NCBI GenBank assembly: GCA_963662665.2
Contig: CAXXJS010000050.1
Coordinates: 64,001-128,000, forward strand
Source: Candidatus Latescibacterota bacterium
Lineage (GTDB): Bacteria > Latescibacterota > UBA2968 > GCA-2709665
Reading direction: 5' to 3'
Length of the DNA stretch: 64,000 bases
Part shown: positions 1 through 10,578 of the stretch, in pieces
Layout of the letters: each line of letters starts with the position of its first letter
Numbering within the stretch: position 1 is the first letter of the stretch
Position numbers and translations under genes: made by a program
The notes under the pieces: model-generated
What the model saw: only the letters and a program-made list of their open reading frames with translations
Databases searched by the model: none
Told to the model about the DNA's origin: nothing

Positions 1-1112
1 ACATGCCCCAACCGGCCCGCAAGACCGCACGTCGTCAATGCCGCTACCGTTTCTCCGCCGCCGGCCAGTGTATTGACGCCTCGTGACGATGCCTTCGCAA
101 CGGCGTGCGCCAGCGCCTCCGTGCCGGGGGCAAAAGTCGAAATCTCCGACACGCCCATCGGTCCGTTCCACACCACGCATCCGGCGTTCAGGATCTCCTC
201 CGAATATTTCGTACGCGTTGCAGGGCCGATATCGAACCCTTCCAGGTCCACTGGCATTCTGTCTCGTGGCACAACCTGCACGGCAGCGCCCTCCCGCGCC
301 ACGGCCGCAACCACGCAGTCGGTGGGCAAAATCAGCCGAACGCCCGCTGAAGCGGCGCGCTGAAGGAGGATTTCCGCCATGCCCACCCTGTCCGCTTCCA
401 GAAGGGACCGTCCGATCTCCAATCCCATCGCTTTGAAGAACGTGTACGACATACCCCCGCCAATAAGAAGCGTATCAACGAGGGACAGCAAATGCTGGAT
501 GACGTCGATTTTCCCCGAGATCTTCTTGCCGCCCATAACCGCAACGAACGGCCTGGCGGGCGCCGACAATGCCTTCTCCAGTGAATCCAGTTCCCGCTGC
601 ATCAGAAACCCCGCCGCGCAGTCCACGAAGTGGTGGGTGACGCCTTCCGTGGACGCGTGCGCCCGGTGAGCCGTTCCGAAGGCGTCGTTCACGAAGGCCG
701 AACCCAATTCACAGAGCCGCCGGGCGAATTCAGGATCGTTTGCTTCCTCAGCGGCGTGAAACCTCAGATTTTCAAGCAGCACAACGCCATCGGCGCGTTT
801 TGCAAGCGCCTCCGCCTCCGGACCTGTACTATCCGGGGCCGCCAGGACTTCGCGACCAATCAATTCGCCCAGGCGTACAGCCACGGGCTTCAGGGAAAGT
901 TCGGGTATAACGCGTCCTTCGGGCCTTCCGAGGTGCGACATCAGAATCGGAACGCCGCCCCGGTCCAGGATGTATTGGATCGTGGGTACAGCAGCCCGTA
1001 TACGCGTGTCGTCCCCGATCTCGCCGTTCTGATGAAGCGGCACGTTGAAATCCACCCGCACCAGCACCCGCCGACCCTCAAGCTCCAGATCCGTAATTGA
1101 AAGTTTCGCCAT
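1..1112 (-). CDS. pgk: Phosphoglycerate kinase (3' end runs off the window)
   Basis: Not in the ORF track. Manual translation from ATG at 1112 gives MAKLSITDLELEGRRVLVRVDFNVPL, the PGK N-terminal motif; lies downstream of gap. Confidence 0.95.
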   Translation of the reverse strand, partial: MAKLSITDLELEGRRVLVRVDFNVPLHQNGEIGDDTRIRAAVPTIQYILDRGGVPILMSHLGRPEGRVIPELSLKPVAVRLGELIGREVLAAPDSTGPEAEALAKRADGVVLLENLRFHAAEEANDPEFARRLCELGSAFVNDAFGTAHRAHASTEGVTHHFVDCAAGFLMQRELDSLEKALSAPARPFVAVMGGKKISGKIDVIQHLLSLVDTLLIGGGMSYTFFKAMGLEIGRSLLEADRVGMAEILLQRAASAGVRLILPTDCVVAAVAREGAAVQVVPRDRMPVDLEGFDIGPATRTKYSEEILNAGCVVWNGPMGVSEISTFAPGTEALAHAVAKASSRGVNTLAGGGETVAALTTCGLAGRLGH

Positions 1113-1305
1113 ACCACCTTTTCCTGGCGCGGCTATCCGTTCCGGGGTCCATATGACAGGGAGCCGTCACGCGCTCGCATCCTGCGTGGTACGGCTCCCG
1201 GATGCCCGCTAACCGGTACGTTCATCCGATAGCGGTTTTCTGATATGTATTCTTGAGCGACCCCGAGGCGCGTCCTACGTCGGGCGGTCGATTTCCGATG
1301 GAATC

Positions 1306-2319
1306 CTATGGGTTCGCCCATCGGGTCTTATCCAACGCCTCGACGAGGTCCACGCACCGGCAGGAATACCCCCATTCGTTATCGTACCAACCGCACACCT
1401 TTACCATATTCCCGCCCATAACACTTGTCATTTCCGAATCGAACACACAGGAGTGGGGGTTGCCGATTATATCCGCTGAGACGAGGGGCTCGTCCGAATA
1501 TTCCAGAATACCCTTCAGACGATCCTCGGAAGCCGCCTTGAACGCCTCGTTTACCGACTCGGTGGTCGCCGGCGTCCGCAGTGTAGCTACGAAATCCGTG
1601 TAGGAGCCGTTGGGCGTGGGAACCCGCACGGCAATGCCGTCCAGGTTGCCGTTCAGCTCGGGGATCACCTTGCCCACGGCGCTGGCCGCGCCGGTTGTCG
1701 TTGGAATCATGGACACGGCCGCAGACCGCGCCCTGCGCAGGTCCGGGTGCGGCGCATCGATCATGCGCTGGTCGCCGGTATATGAGTGAATGGTTGTCAT
1801 CAGCCCCTTTTCGACTCCGAACGCCTCCTGCAAAACGCTCACCATGGGGGCCAGGCAGTTCGTGGTACAGGAAGCATTGGAGATCACCCTGTCCTGCTCG
1901 GTCAACGTGTCCTGGTTGATGCCCATTACCACCGTAGGCACGTCGCCTCGGGCCGGGGCCGAGATGATCACCCGCCCCGCGCCTGCGTCGAGATGCTTGC
2001 CGGCGCCGTCTCTATCCGTGAAGAAGCCGGTGGACTCGATCACCACGTCCACCCCGAGAGACCGCCACGGCAACATCACAGGGTCGCGTTCGGCCCGTAC
2101 GATGACCTCGCTGCCGTCCACGGCCAGCGATTTGTCCCTGATTTCGACGTGGCCCGGGTATCTCCCGTGTGTGGAGTCGTACTTCAGCAGATGTCCGAGC
2201 GTGCCGGCATCCGTGAGATCGTTCACCGCCACCACGTCGATGCGGGGCCTGCGCATGGCCGCCCGGAAAACCAGCCGGCCTATTCGCCCGAATCCGTTAA
2301 TGGCCACCTTGATCGCCAT
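1306..2319 (-). CDS. gap: Glyceraldehyde-3-phosphate dehydrogenase, type I
   Basis: MAIKVAINGFGRIGR, ASCTTNCLAP active site, WYDNEWGY. Start moved to ATG 2319 behind a GGAGG RBS. Confidence 0.97.
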   Translation of the reverse strand: MAIKVAINGFGRIGRLVFRAAMRRPRIDVVAVNDLTDAGTLGHLLKYDSTHGRYPGHVEIRDKSLAVDGSEVIVRAERDPVMLPWRSLGVDVVIESTGFFTDRDGAGKHLDAGAGRVIISAPARGDVPTVVMGINQDTLTEQDRVISNASCTTNCLAPMVSVLQEAFGVEKGLMTTIHSYTGDQRMIDAPHPDLRRARSAAVSMIPTTTGAASAVGKVIPELNGNLDGIAVRVPTPNGSYTDFVATLRTPATTESVNEAFKAASEDRLKGILEYSDEPLVSADIIGNPHSCVFDSEMTSVMGGNMVKVCGWYDNEWGYSCRCVDLVEALDKTRWANP

Positions 2320-2483
2320 GTTGTCTACCTCCAGGTCAAATATAAACCCGTCGGCCGATCGCCGCCGGGGGATACGATGATGCACCGCGACAACAGATGG
2401 CTAGGAGCGCACGGTACACAATTGCTCGTTGCGCTTTCGGTTGAACCGATGCAACTGACAGCCGTCAACGCGGGATGTCCGGG

Positions 2484-3521
2484 TCAGCCGAAAAAGACCC
2501 TGGCGATATCGTACAGGTTCATGTCCACGGTGCGTAGTTTGGATACCGCGTCTCTTAGCCGAACCGCGACGATATTGGTGCCCCGAAGCGCCACCATATT
2601 GCCGAAATCTCCGGCGTTCACCAGATCGATTGCAGCAATGCCGAAGCGCGTGCCCAGGACCCGATCGAACGCGGTGGGGTTTCCTCCGCGCTGAATGTGC
2701 CCCAGAACGGTCACCCGGGTTTCAAACCCCGTTCGTTTTTCGATTTCGTCGCCAAGGACAATTCCAATCCCGCCCAGGCGGACGTGGCCGAAGGCATCGC
2801 GTTCCTCGGACTGAAGGACGAGAGATTCATCTGACAGATTGGCGCCCTCGGCAACCACCACGATACTGAAGGTCTTGCCGCGGTCGTGGCGTTTCTGGAT
2901 GGAGGCGCACACCATATCCAGCTCCACCGGCTGTTCGGGAATCAGAACCATGTCGGCGCCGCCCGCAATGCCGGCTTCGACGGCTATCCATCCCGCGTGG
3001 CGCCCCATCACCTCCACAACCATCACGCGGTTGTGAGACTCGGCGGTGGTATGCAACCTGTCGATGGCATCGGTGACAATATTGATGGCCGTATCGAAAC
3101 CGAAGGTCTGGTCCGTGCCGTCCAGGTCGTTATCGATGGTCTTGGGCACGCCAATCACGTTCACGCCGTCTTCGTACAGCTTGCTGGCCACGCCGACCGT
3201 GTCGTCTCCCCCGACGGCGATCAACGCATCCAGATCCATCTTCAGAATGTTCTGTTTCACGATCTCGCTGCCGTTTGGCTCGTTATATGGGTTCGTCCTG
3301 GATGTGCCCAGAATGGTGCCTCCCCTGGGCAGAATACCCGAGACCGCATTCAGGTCCAGCGGCATGGAAATCGACTCGAGCATGCCTTTCCAACCCAGCA
3401 TAACGCCAACGATCTCGTATCCGTATGCGTCTATGCCTTTCCGCGTAACCGCGCGTATTACCGCATTCAGCCCGGGACAATCACCTCCGCCGGTTAAAAT
3501 GCCAACACGCCTGTTCGCCAT
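2484..3521 (-). CDS. pfkA: 6-phosphofructokinase (PfkA family, possibly PPi-dependent)
   Basis: GGGDCPGLN, GGDDT, PKTIDND, EVMGRHAGW and LGHIQRGG motifs. Confidence 0.93.
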   Translation of the reverse strand: MANRRVGILTGGGDCPGLNAVIRAVTRKGIDAYGYEIVGVMLGWKGMLESISMPLDLNAVSGILPRGGTILGTSRTNPYNEPNGSEIVKQNILKMDLDALIAVGGDDTVGVASKLYEDGVNVIGVPKTIDNDLDGTDQTFGFDTAINIVTDAIDRLHTTAESHNRVMVVEVMGRHAGWIAVEAGIAGGADMVLIPEQPVELDMVCASIQKRHDRGKTFSIVVVAEGANLSDESLVLQSEERDAFGHVRLGGIGIVLGDEIEKRTGFETRVTVLGHIQRGGNPTAFDRVLGTRFGIAAIDLVNAGDFGNMVALRGTNIVAVRLRDAVSKLRTVDMNLYDIARVFFG

Positions 3522-3625
3522 GGTTGCGCTCCGCGCCAGGTCCGATTTTAACGCATGAAACGTCGTACGGACGGTGTCCGTTTACACGGCATACGATCAG
3601 AAATATAATCCATTCGGAGAGACTG

Positions 3626-3654
3626 AATTTAAGACATCCCTCCCTTAGTGTCAA
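3626..3654 (-). promoter_or_regulatory. Sigma70-type promoter for pfk-gap-pgk
   Basis: TTGACA-17 bp-TAAATT on the minus strand about 105 bp upstream of the pfk start. Confidence 0.6.
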
Positions 3655-3690
3655 GCTGTTTTTTTCGTCAAAGTGTTTGGAATCAACGCG

Positions 3691-4470
3691 TTAGATGAAA
3701 AGATGGGAGCCCGGTCCGTCCGCCCCGGCATTGGGTTTTTCCGCGTCAAAATACGGACAGGCCAGGGCCGCTACGTCGACCACGGAAGCGCCCGCGTCCA
3801 GCAGCGCCCCGGCGCATGAGTTGGCCGTGGCCCCCGTGGTAACCACGTCGTCCACGAGCAGGACCCGGCGGTCCCTGACCGGATCGGTCCGTCGCCCGCG
3901 GAAGGCTCCTTCCATGTTTGCGTCGCGTTCCGTCGAATCCAGGGTCGTCTGTGTCTTCGTGTCTCGTACACGCTTCAACGCCCGCTCCTCGACGGACAGA
4001 TCCAACGTCCGTGCAAGCGCCCGGGCAATCAATACGCTCTGGTTGTAGCCGCGTTCACGCAGCCTGCTGCCGTGAAGGGGTACCGGCACCACGACCGGCC
4101 CGCCCTCCGCGATGGGTTCCCCGGCCAGCATCCGACCCAAAGCGCGGCCAAGCACCTGGCCGGCGACGGTCTGTCCCTGGTATTTCAAATTGTGTACCAG
4201 ACGCTGCACCGATTGATTGAACGGCGTAAGCGCATACATCCGGGAAAAAACGAACGTCTTGTCCGCGCAATTCGCGCAGGGACCGGATTGCCAGGGACAG
4301 CCGCAACGTCCGCATCGCGGACCATGGATGATGCCCAGAGTCTCCCAGCACGCGGGGCATAGCCCGTCAGATTCGTCAAGGGGGGTCCGGCACAGCAGAC
4401 AGTGCGGGGGGTACACGAACCCGAGTACGGATTCCCGGAGGGATTGAAGAATGCGTCTGAATCCGTCCAT
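3691..4470 (-). CDS. comF: ComF family protein (double zinc ribbon + phosphoribosyltransferase domain)
   Basis: Four CxxC pairs, ERGYNQS, LLVDDVVTTGAT PRPP-binding motif. Probable start MDGFRR at 4470. Confidence 0.9.
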   Translation of the reverse strand: MDGFRRILQSLRESVLGFVYPPHCLLCRTPLDESDGLCPACWETLGIIHGPRCGRCGCPWQSGPCANCADKTFVFSRMYALTPFNQSVQRLVHNLKYQGQTVAGQVLGRALGRMLAGEPIAEGGPVVVPVPLHGSRLRERGYNQSVLIARALARTLDLSVEERALKRVRDTKTQTTLDSTERDANMEGAFRGRRTDPVRDRRVLLVDDVVTTGATANSCAGALLDAGASVVDVAALACPYFDAEKPNAGADGPGSHLFI

Positions 4471-4651
4471 TTTCACGTCGCAATCACCAGAACGATTAAA
4501 AATGGCTTGCATAACCGCTCTGTTGACAATACATTCCCATCCCGAACGCGATCGTCCGCGCACGGTCTGCGAAACCCGCTCCAAAAGAGCGGTTTCCACC
4601 TCCCCGCAAGTGCACGGCCACGCCCCTTGTGTCCTTTCCCGTTAGACATCC

Positions 4652-6628
4652 ATGAAAAACACCCGCGCGATCATCTTCGATCTGGACGGTACGCTCTTCG
4701 ATCTGGATCCACTGGTTCAGGCCGCCCGAAAACGGGTCGCGCGCCATCTGCACGTCCATGGATTCTTTGCCTCCGAATCCTGTGCCCTCCGCCTTATCAA
4801 CGACATGGAACGGCGGCATGGGCCCTACTACTCTTCGTCTCCGTACTATTTCGCCTTCTACGATATCGCAAAAAACCTGCAGCGCGACAAACCCGATCGA
4901 TTTGCCGACTATATCAACAGTCAGCGTCCCAACCATCGAAGCCTGGAAGACACCGATACCGTCGAGGCCTTCGTTGCCCAGCTCGAATACGTTTACAACA
5001 GCGACTCGGTTGAAGACGTAAAGCTCTTCCCGGGCGCCGTCCAGACCCTTAAGGAACTTCGTGACGCCGGCTGCATGCTTTTCTTGGTGACATTCGGAAG
5101 AATGCTGCGGCAGAAAAACAAAATCGACTTGCTCAGCATTGCACCCTATTTTCATGAAATAATCAACGAAGGCCAGCCTTCTCACGACTACTGGTTCGCT
5201 GAACTCATCAAAGCCCATGGACTTTCTCCCGAGGAAGTCGTCTGCGTGGGCGACAGGGCCCAGGATGAGATCAGGGCGGGCAACCGTATCGGATGTACAA
5301 CGGTCTGGATGCGCCGTGGAAGATACGCCGAGGAAGAACCCGGAGAGGGCGACCGGCCAACCCATCAGATCCGGCTCCTCCCTCAGCTGTCTACCCTCAT
5401 CCATCTGGCGCGTATGGACAAAGACCGGGGCCGGCTGAAGGTGGCCGTACTCGGGGGCGGCACCGGGCTTCCCATTGTGTTGCGCGGCATCCAGACCTAT
5501 ACAGATCGCCCCTCCGCCGTCGTGGCGGTAACGGACACCGGTGCTTCATCGGGCCGCATACGCTGGAATCTGGGCGTTCAGCCGCCTGGCGACATCCGCA
5601 ACGCGCTCACCGCGCTCGCCGACCGGCGCCGGGTCTCTCCGGGACTCGTCCGGGTTTTCCAGCACAGGTTTCCGGATAGCGAACGGGAAGCCGGGATCTT
5701 CCGAAACGACAATATCGGTAATTTCCTCATTGCCGCGTTGACCCAGCAACTGGGGGATTTTCAGAAGGCCATTCAGACAGCGGGCGACATTCTGCGTATA
5801 CGCGGTGATATCTTTGCCGCCACCAGCGAGAACGTGGACATTTGCGCCGAGCTCGAGAATGGCGAGCAGCGGTATACCGAGTGGATGGTACGCCAAACCG
5901 GCAAACCTCCCTTGAAACGCGCGTATCTTGTCGCCAACAGCGATATCCTTCGGGAATTGCAACAGCCTGACGGGGCCCTCTTTCGCAAAGACGATTCCCG
6001 AACGGGCCAGGTGGAAGTCCACGCGAGGCCCGGAAGCAACTTTCGTCCCGCCAATAGTGAAGTCCGGGCGCCGCGTGGTGCGGTGCAGGCCATCGCGGAC
6101 GCGGACATTGTGGTGCTCGGCCCCGGCAGCCTCTTCACGAGCGTGATCACGAATCTGCTCGTACCGGACATCCGGCGGACCCTGTGTGCCCGGCACCACG
6201 GAAAGACCTTCTACGTCTGCAACATCGTGACCCAGCCGGGGCAGACCGACGGATTTAGCGCATCGGACCATCTACGCGCCATCCTGCGCCACTTCCCCGA
6301 AGGACATACCGGTTTCCTGGACCACGTGCTTGTGCAGGATCCGGACGCGTTCCACAGGCCCGGAGGCCGAAAATGGCAACCCGTGTTGCATGCCTACCTC
6401 CGCGACGGCAAGGAACCCGTGTCGTGCGATCCAGATGAGATCCGTCGTCTGGTAACCTGTACGGTTACGGATCTGCTGGAGGACTACACCTCCGAGGTTA
6501 AGAGCCGCCGTGCGGGAGACTTTATAAGCCACAATCCCCACAGGGTTGCCGACGCCGTCTGCCGGATCTATTGCGGGTTGGAAGTGCCTGATTACGGGGA
6601 GTTGGACAATGGCTCGGCGCCCGATTGA
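4652..6628 (+). CDS. Fusion of an N-terminal HAD phosphatase and a C-terminal YvcK/UPF0052 (CofD-like) domain
   Basis: IFDLDGTL and VGDR...DE HAD motifs, followed by LGGGTG, PPGDIRN and GPGSLFTS YvcK motifs. Confidence 0.85.
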   Translation: MKNTRAIIFDLDGTLFDLDPLVQAARKRVARHLHVHGFFASESCALRLINDMERRHGPYYSSSPYYFAFYDIAKNLQRDKPDRFADYINSQRPNHRSLEDTDTVEAFVAQLEYVYNSDSVEDVKLFPGAVQTLKELRDAGCMLFLVTFGRMLRQKNKIDLLSIAPYFHEIINEGQPSHDYWFAELIKAHGLSPEEVVCVGDRAQDEIRAGNRIGCTTVWMRRGRYAEEEPGEGDRPTHQIRLLPQLSTLIHLARMDKDRGRLKVAVLGGGTGLPIVLRGIQTYTDRPSAVVAVTDTGASSGRIRWNLGVQPPGDIRNALTALADRRRVSPGLVRVFQHRFPDSEREAGIFRNDNIGNFLIAALTQQLGDFQKAIQTAGDILRIRGDIFAATSENVDICAELENGEQRYTEWMVRQTGKPPLKRAYLVANSDILRELQQPDGALFRKDDSRTGQVEVHARPGSNFRPANSEVRAPRGAVQAIADADIVVLGPGSLFTSVITNLLVPDIRRTLCARHHGKTFYVCNIVTQPGQTDGFSASDHLRAILRHFPEGHTGFLDHVLVQDPDAFHRPGGRKWQPVLHAYLRDGKEPVSCDPDEIRRLVTCTVTDLLEDYTSEVKSRRAGDFISHNPHRVADAVCRIYCGLEVPDYGELDNGSAPD

Positions 6629-7301
6629 CGCCGTCATCTTCGACTTGGACGACACGCTGTTCGACTGCACCGGGCAACTGACCGAACCGGCGCGGCTCCG
6701 GGCGGCCGAAACACTGGCGGCGGCCCTTCCCGATTCGAATGTGGTTTCCCTCCATCGCCTGCAGGCGGAACTGGCTGACCGACTCAGTTCCTCCGATTCC
6801 ATACGAGAAATCGCCCGCCGCCACGACTTGCCGGCCGACGTTGTGGAGCGTGCGCTTTCAGCCTACAACCGGGGCCAGGTGGAAGACATCATGCCCTTTC
6901 CGGATACGTTCCCCACGCTGGATGAACTCACGGCCAGGACGTACCGCGTCTGCCTGGTGACGACGGGGCGCCCGGAGCGACAACGGCGAAAGGTGCGCCG
7001 CCTGGGCCTTTCCGGCTATTTCAGCGAGGAGCAGGGCACGCTCTTTTTCCACGACGACCGGGACGTTCGTGAAAAAGACGAGGCGCTTCACGAGGCGGTC
7101 CGGCAACTTGGCGTTTCACCCGACCGGATCCTGTCCGTAGGAGACAAGCTGAATTCCGAAATCGCCGCTTCGAAGCGCCTTGGGATGCGCACCGCGCGCC
7201 TGTGCTTCGGCAGACAAGAAAACCAGCGCCCTCGAACCCCCGAGGAACGCCCGGACCACGAATTGAACCGCCTGTCGGACCTGCTGGGATTGCTGCCCTG
7301 A
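6609..7301 (+). CDS. HAD family hydrolase
   Basis: VIFDLDDTL and VGDKLNSEI motifs; ATG 6609 overlaps the end of the upstream fusion gene; resembles that gene's HAD domain. Confidence 0.85.
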   Translation: MARRPIDAVIFDLDDTLFDCTGQLTEPARLRAAETLAAALPDSNVVSLHRLQAELADRLSSSDSIREIARRHDLPADVVERALSAYNRGQVEDIMPFPDTFPTLDELTARTYRVCLVTTGRPERQRRKVRRLGLSGYFSEEQGTLFFHDDRDVREKDEALHEAVRQLGVSPDRILSVGDKLNSEIAASKRLGMRTARLCFGRQENQRPRTPEERPDHELNRLSDLLGLLP

Positions 7302-7312
7302 ACAGTGCGTAT

Positions 7313-8185
7313 TCAGGCAGGTTTCTCCTGTTTTCCGAGTTCCACGGTTACACGATCGCCGCGCCGCAACCCCAGCTCCCGCGCGGCATTTCCTCCGTTA
7401 ATCGCAACCTCCAGCGTCTCCTCGCTTCCAAATAAAACCAGCGCTTCGCCGTCCGGAACGTCGGCATACGTGCGGCAGATACCTTCAAACAGGTTATTCC
7501 GGACGCGAACGCGGACCTCGCCGTCGCCTATGCGCCTTCTGCCAAGATTGCTGATCGCATTCCCGAATCGATCCACGTGCACGATCCGCCCCGCAACCTC
7601 GTCGTCGCGCTCCTGAACCGTCCAGGCATCCAGACGGATTGGATTCGCTACAGGCGGCCCCAGATCGGCCGACGGGACCTGGTTCGACAGATGTGCCGCC
7701 ACCGGACCGAAGATATCCCGTCCGTGGAAGGTGGGGCTAACCACGGACCTGAAGAACGCCGCATTCGTGATCTCAAAGACGTTCCACGAGGGCTCGAGCT
7801 GAAACACACCGCTGAACAATCCGTTATCGGGCCCGACGAACAGGTAGTCCGCCGATTCGACCGCGATTGCGCGGCGCGCGCTTCCCACGCCCGGATCCAC
7901 GACGGCGAGGTGAACCGTACCCGCAGGGAAATAGCGGTACGCGCTGGACAGGACATAGGCCCCGGAGGCCACGTCCCGTGAAGGGACGTCGTGGGAGACG
8001 TCTACCAGCGAAGCATCCGGCGCGATAGCGAGCATCGCCCCCTTCATTGCCGCCACGTACCCGTCATAAAGCCCGAAATCCGTTGTCAATGTGATCAGGC
8101 CCAGGGGAGACCTCTCGCGGAAATAGCCAGTGAAGGACGACACCAATATAACGAAAGCGACGCGAAACTGCGAAACCGGATTCAA
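7313..8185 (-). CDS. SAM hydroxide adenosyltransferase / DUF62 (halogenase superfamily)
   Basis: ITLTTDFG, VVDPGVG, TFHGRDIF, DRFGN motifs. True start is probably near 8104. Confidence 0.88.
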   Translation of the reverse strand: MNPVSQFRVAFVILVSSFTGYFRERSPLGLITLTTDFGLYDGYVAAMKGAMLAIAPDASLVDVSHDVPSRDVASGAYVLSSAYRYFPAGTVHLAVVDPGVGSARRAIAVESADYLFVGPDNGLFSGVFQLEPSWNVFEITNAAFFRSVVSPTFHGRDIFGPVAAHLSNQVPSADLGPPVANPIRLDAWTVQERDDEVAGRIVHVDRFGNAISNLGRRRIGDGEVRVRVRNNLFEGICRTYADVPDGEALVLFGSEETLEVAINGGNAARELGLRRGDRVTVELGKQEKPA

Positions 8186-8263
8186 ACCCGCCTTCCGGCT
8201 GTCCCGTGAAAAAGCGAGCCAAACCCGTACGTTGCCTTACAAACTAAACCCTGATTCCCGCGA

Positions 8264-8953
8264 TCAAAACAGTTCCGCCTCCTTCATACTCAGGAACCGC
8301 TCCGCCCCCAGAATGATGTGGTCCAGGACCTCGATGCCCATAATCTCACCCGCCTGAACCATCCGGCGCGTCAGTTCTATGTCCTCCCTGCTCGGCGTTA
8401 CGTCGCCGGACGGGTGGTTGTGCGCCAGGATGACGCTGGCCGCGCACGAGCCCACGGCAGGGAAAAATACCTCTCGAGGATGAACGAGCGACGCGTTCAG
8501 CGATCCCACCGACACCTCCTCCCTGCAGATGACCTGGTTTCGGGCATTCAGAAAGACCGCCACGAAATGCTCTTTTCTTCGATCCTTGAACTCCGCGAGC
8601 AATCCGACCGCGTCGGCCGGTTTCGTTATGGAAGGTTCGATTCCCATCCCCTGGTTCAACGCCCGTCTTGCCAGTTCGAACCCGGCAACGAGACCGGCGG
8701 CCTTCGCCCGGCCGATGCCCTTGATTGCCGTCAGTTCCGCCTGCCCCATCCCCATTAGCGCCTGGAGTGAATGCTGTTTCAGGATTTCTCCGGCAACCTT
8801 GAGCACATTCTTGCCTTCATACCCCGTCCGCAGAAGGACCGCCAGCAATTCCTCGTTCCTCAGCGCTTCGGCGCCGAGCCTCTCCAGTTTTTCCCTGGGC
8901 AGATCCACGTCCGCAACACCGTCGATTCCCCTGCGCCGCGCCAGCGTGTCCAT
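8264..8953 (-). CDS. radC: RadC/JAB-domain protein
   Basis: PREKL, ELLAVLL, HhH GIGRAKA, VHPREVF, AHNHPSGD, VLDHII. Confidence 0.93.
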   Translation of the reverse strand: MDTLARRRGIDGVADVDLPREKLERLGAEALRNEELLAVLLRTGYEGKNVLKVAGEILKQHSLQALMGMGQAELTAIKGIGRAKAAGLVAGFELARRALNQGMGIEPSITKPADAVGLLAEFKDRRKEHFVAVFLNARNQVICREEVSVGSLNASLVHPREVFFPAVGSCAASVILAHNHPSGDVTPSREDIELTRRMVQAGEIMGIEVLDHIILGAERFLSMKEAELF

Positions 8954-9436
8954 ATTGTCGTTTTCCAGGTTGAAGTGAACCGACGTCCAAAAACAAGCTG
9001 TCAGCGTTCAGCTTTCAGCAATCAGCCAAAACCGGTGAGCAAAGTGGCCGGGTGATACCTAATGACGATATCAGCGCCAGGATGTTGGCCGGAAAAAGGA
9101 TAAAGCAAACACCGTTCCGTCAGGACGAGAAACGTCAGTGCGTCCTGAAAAGAGAGTGCCGCACGACTTCGCGGTTCAAATCTGCCGGCACGGGCCGCAC
9201 ATTCTGTTCAAGCCCGTCGATTCGAAAGGAAAGATCCGTCCATACGAACGATAAACGCGAGAATCGGTTTTCCGGAAAATAATACCGGAAAGTGCTGACC
9301 CTTTTGGTTATATTCTCAACCGATTCGTCGATGGCGACCCTGCTTATGGATGATTTCAAGCAGTCCTGATCGCCCGGCGCGCAGTCGTTGTCCCACGAGG
9401 GGATCGTAAGCTCTCAGAACGGGAGGATGATCCTAG

Positions 9437-9772
9437 ATGTACCGGGCGGCCGCGGGGGGAGGGCACCCGGATTGTGCGGAACTCCTGATGCCGCCCGCCG
9501 CCGGCGTTCACCATGAACTGCCGATAAAGGGTAACGGCGAGCGGGGAACCACGTCACTTCAGGAGGCCGTTGCGCCCAGCCCCTCGAAAGAGGAAGGTTT
9601 GCCGCTGGGAAGCAAGCTTGCGGTTGCGCGTCTCCTCATCGATGACGGGGCATTCTACGACGTGTATTCGGCGTGCGCTCTGAATGACACGTTCCGGCTG
9701 CACAATCTCATCGGGCTGGACACTGAGGTTGTAAACGCCGCCGCCGGAGCTGGAACTGAAAGGACTCAATAG
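9437..9772 (+). pseudogene. Ankyrin-repeat protein remnant
   Basis: Ankyrin-like segments YRAAAGGGHPDCAELLM and VARLLIDDGAFYDVYSACALND; short and degenerate. Confidence 0.5.
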
Positions 9773-10469
9773 CGAATTGGATGGATTGAAAGAGAAAGCC
9801 CGTTTGGCGAGCAGGCAGTTGAAGATGGTGCAGCAATTATTAGATCGCGGCGGGCTTGCCAGCGCTGAAGACCTGGAGAAAGCCAGGGCGGATTCAATTC
9901 TCGCCGCGACGCAGATTGAGAAATCGTTGTCAGCGGTGGAACTGTTGAAATTGGGGCCTATAACTCCCCTGCGCAAGAAGGCGTTTTTTACGTTCAAGGC
10001 AAGGGATGCGGAAGTTGCCGATGCTGAAGCCGCATACACCGTGGTTCGCCGGCAGTTGCGAAACTACACGTTGTTGGCGCCAGTGCAGGGACGGATACTG
10101 ATGGTCTTGCGCAAGGCGGGCGCCGTGCCTGCCGTGGGCGATACGCTGATGTTGATCGGCTCGGAGGATCCCATGTTGGCCGAGTGCCGCGTGCCGGCAG
10201 AGTTCGCTCCCTGGCTGAAGGCGGGGCAGCGGGTTGACCTCTGGCCGCAATGGGAAAGCTCATTTGAAATTTCAGGAAGGGTTCATTCCGTACGGCGGTA
10301 CGTTCAACGGGAGAGTTACCCCTCCGTGCGAGTCCTGGTGAAGATCGATTCCGAGCCTCCTCTGATTCCCGGCAACAGACTGGTGGCTGAGGTAAAGCTG
10401 CGCCGCGCCAGTGTTTTGGAGTTGCTTCTGTTTCCGTTTGACTGGTCGATCGCCGGCGGACTGGAATAG
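9735..10469 (+). pseudogene. 5'-truncated HlyD/membrane-fusion protein
   Basis: Coiled-coil hairpin, TLLAPVQGRI lipoyl half-motif and beta-barrel region; no N-terminal anchor, and the frame opens after a stop near 9732. Confidence 0.6.
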
Positions 10470-10578
10470 CCGGATCGGTCTCGTTGTGCCCTGAGTCCAG
10501 GTTGGTAATGAGCAGCTTCGATCTGACGAGGATCGGCATGTGCGGATCGGCGTGCCGTGCGGCTTTGGACGGATGGCG

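Noticed and set aside
7313-8185. Fluorinase or chlorinase
   Set aside because: It keeps the Asp/Arg/His residues (VVDPG, RR, TFHGRD) of the common DUF62 hydrolases and has no biosynthetic cluster context.
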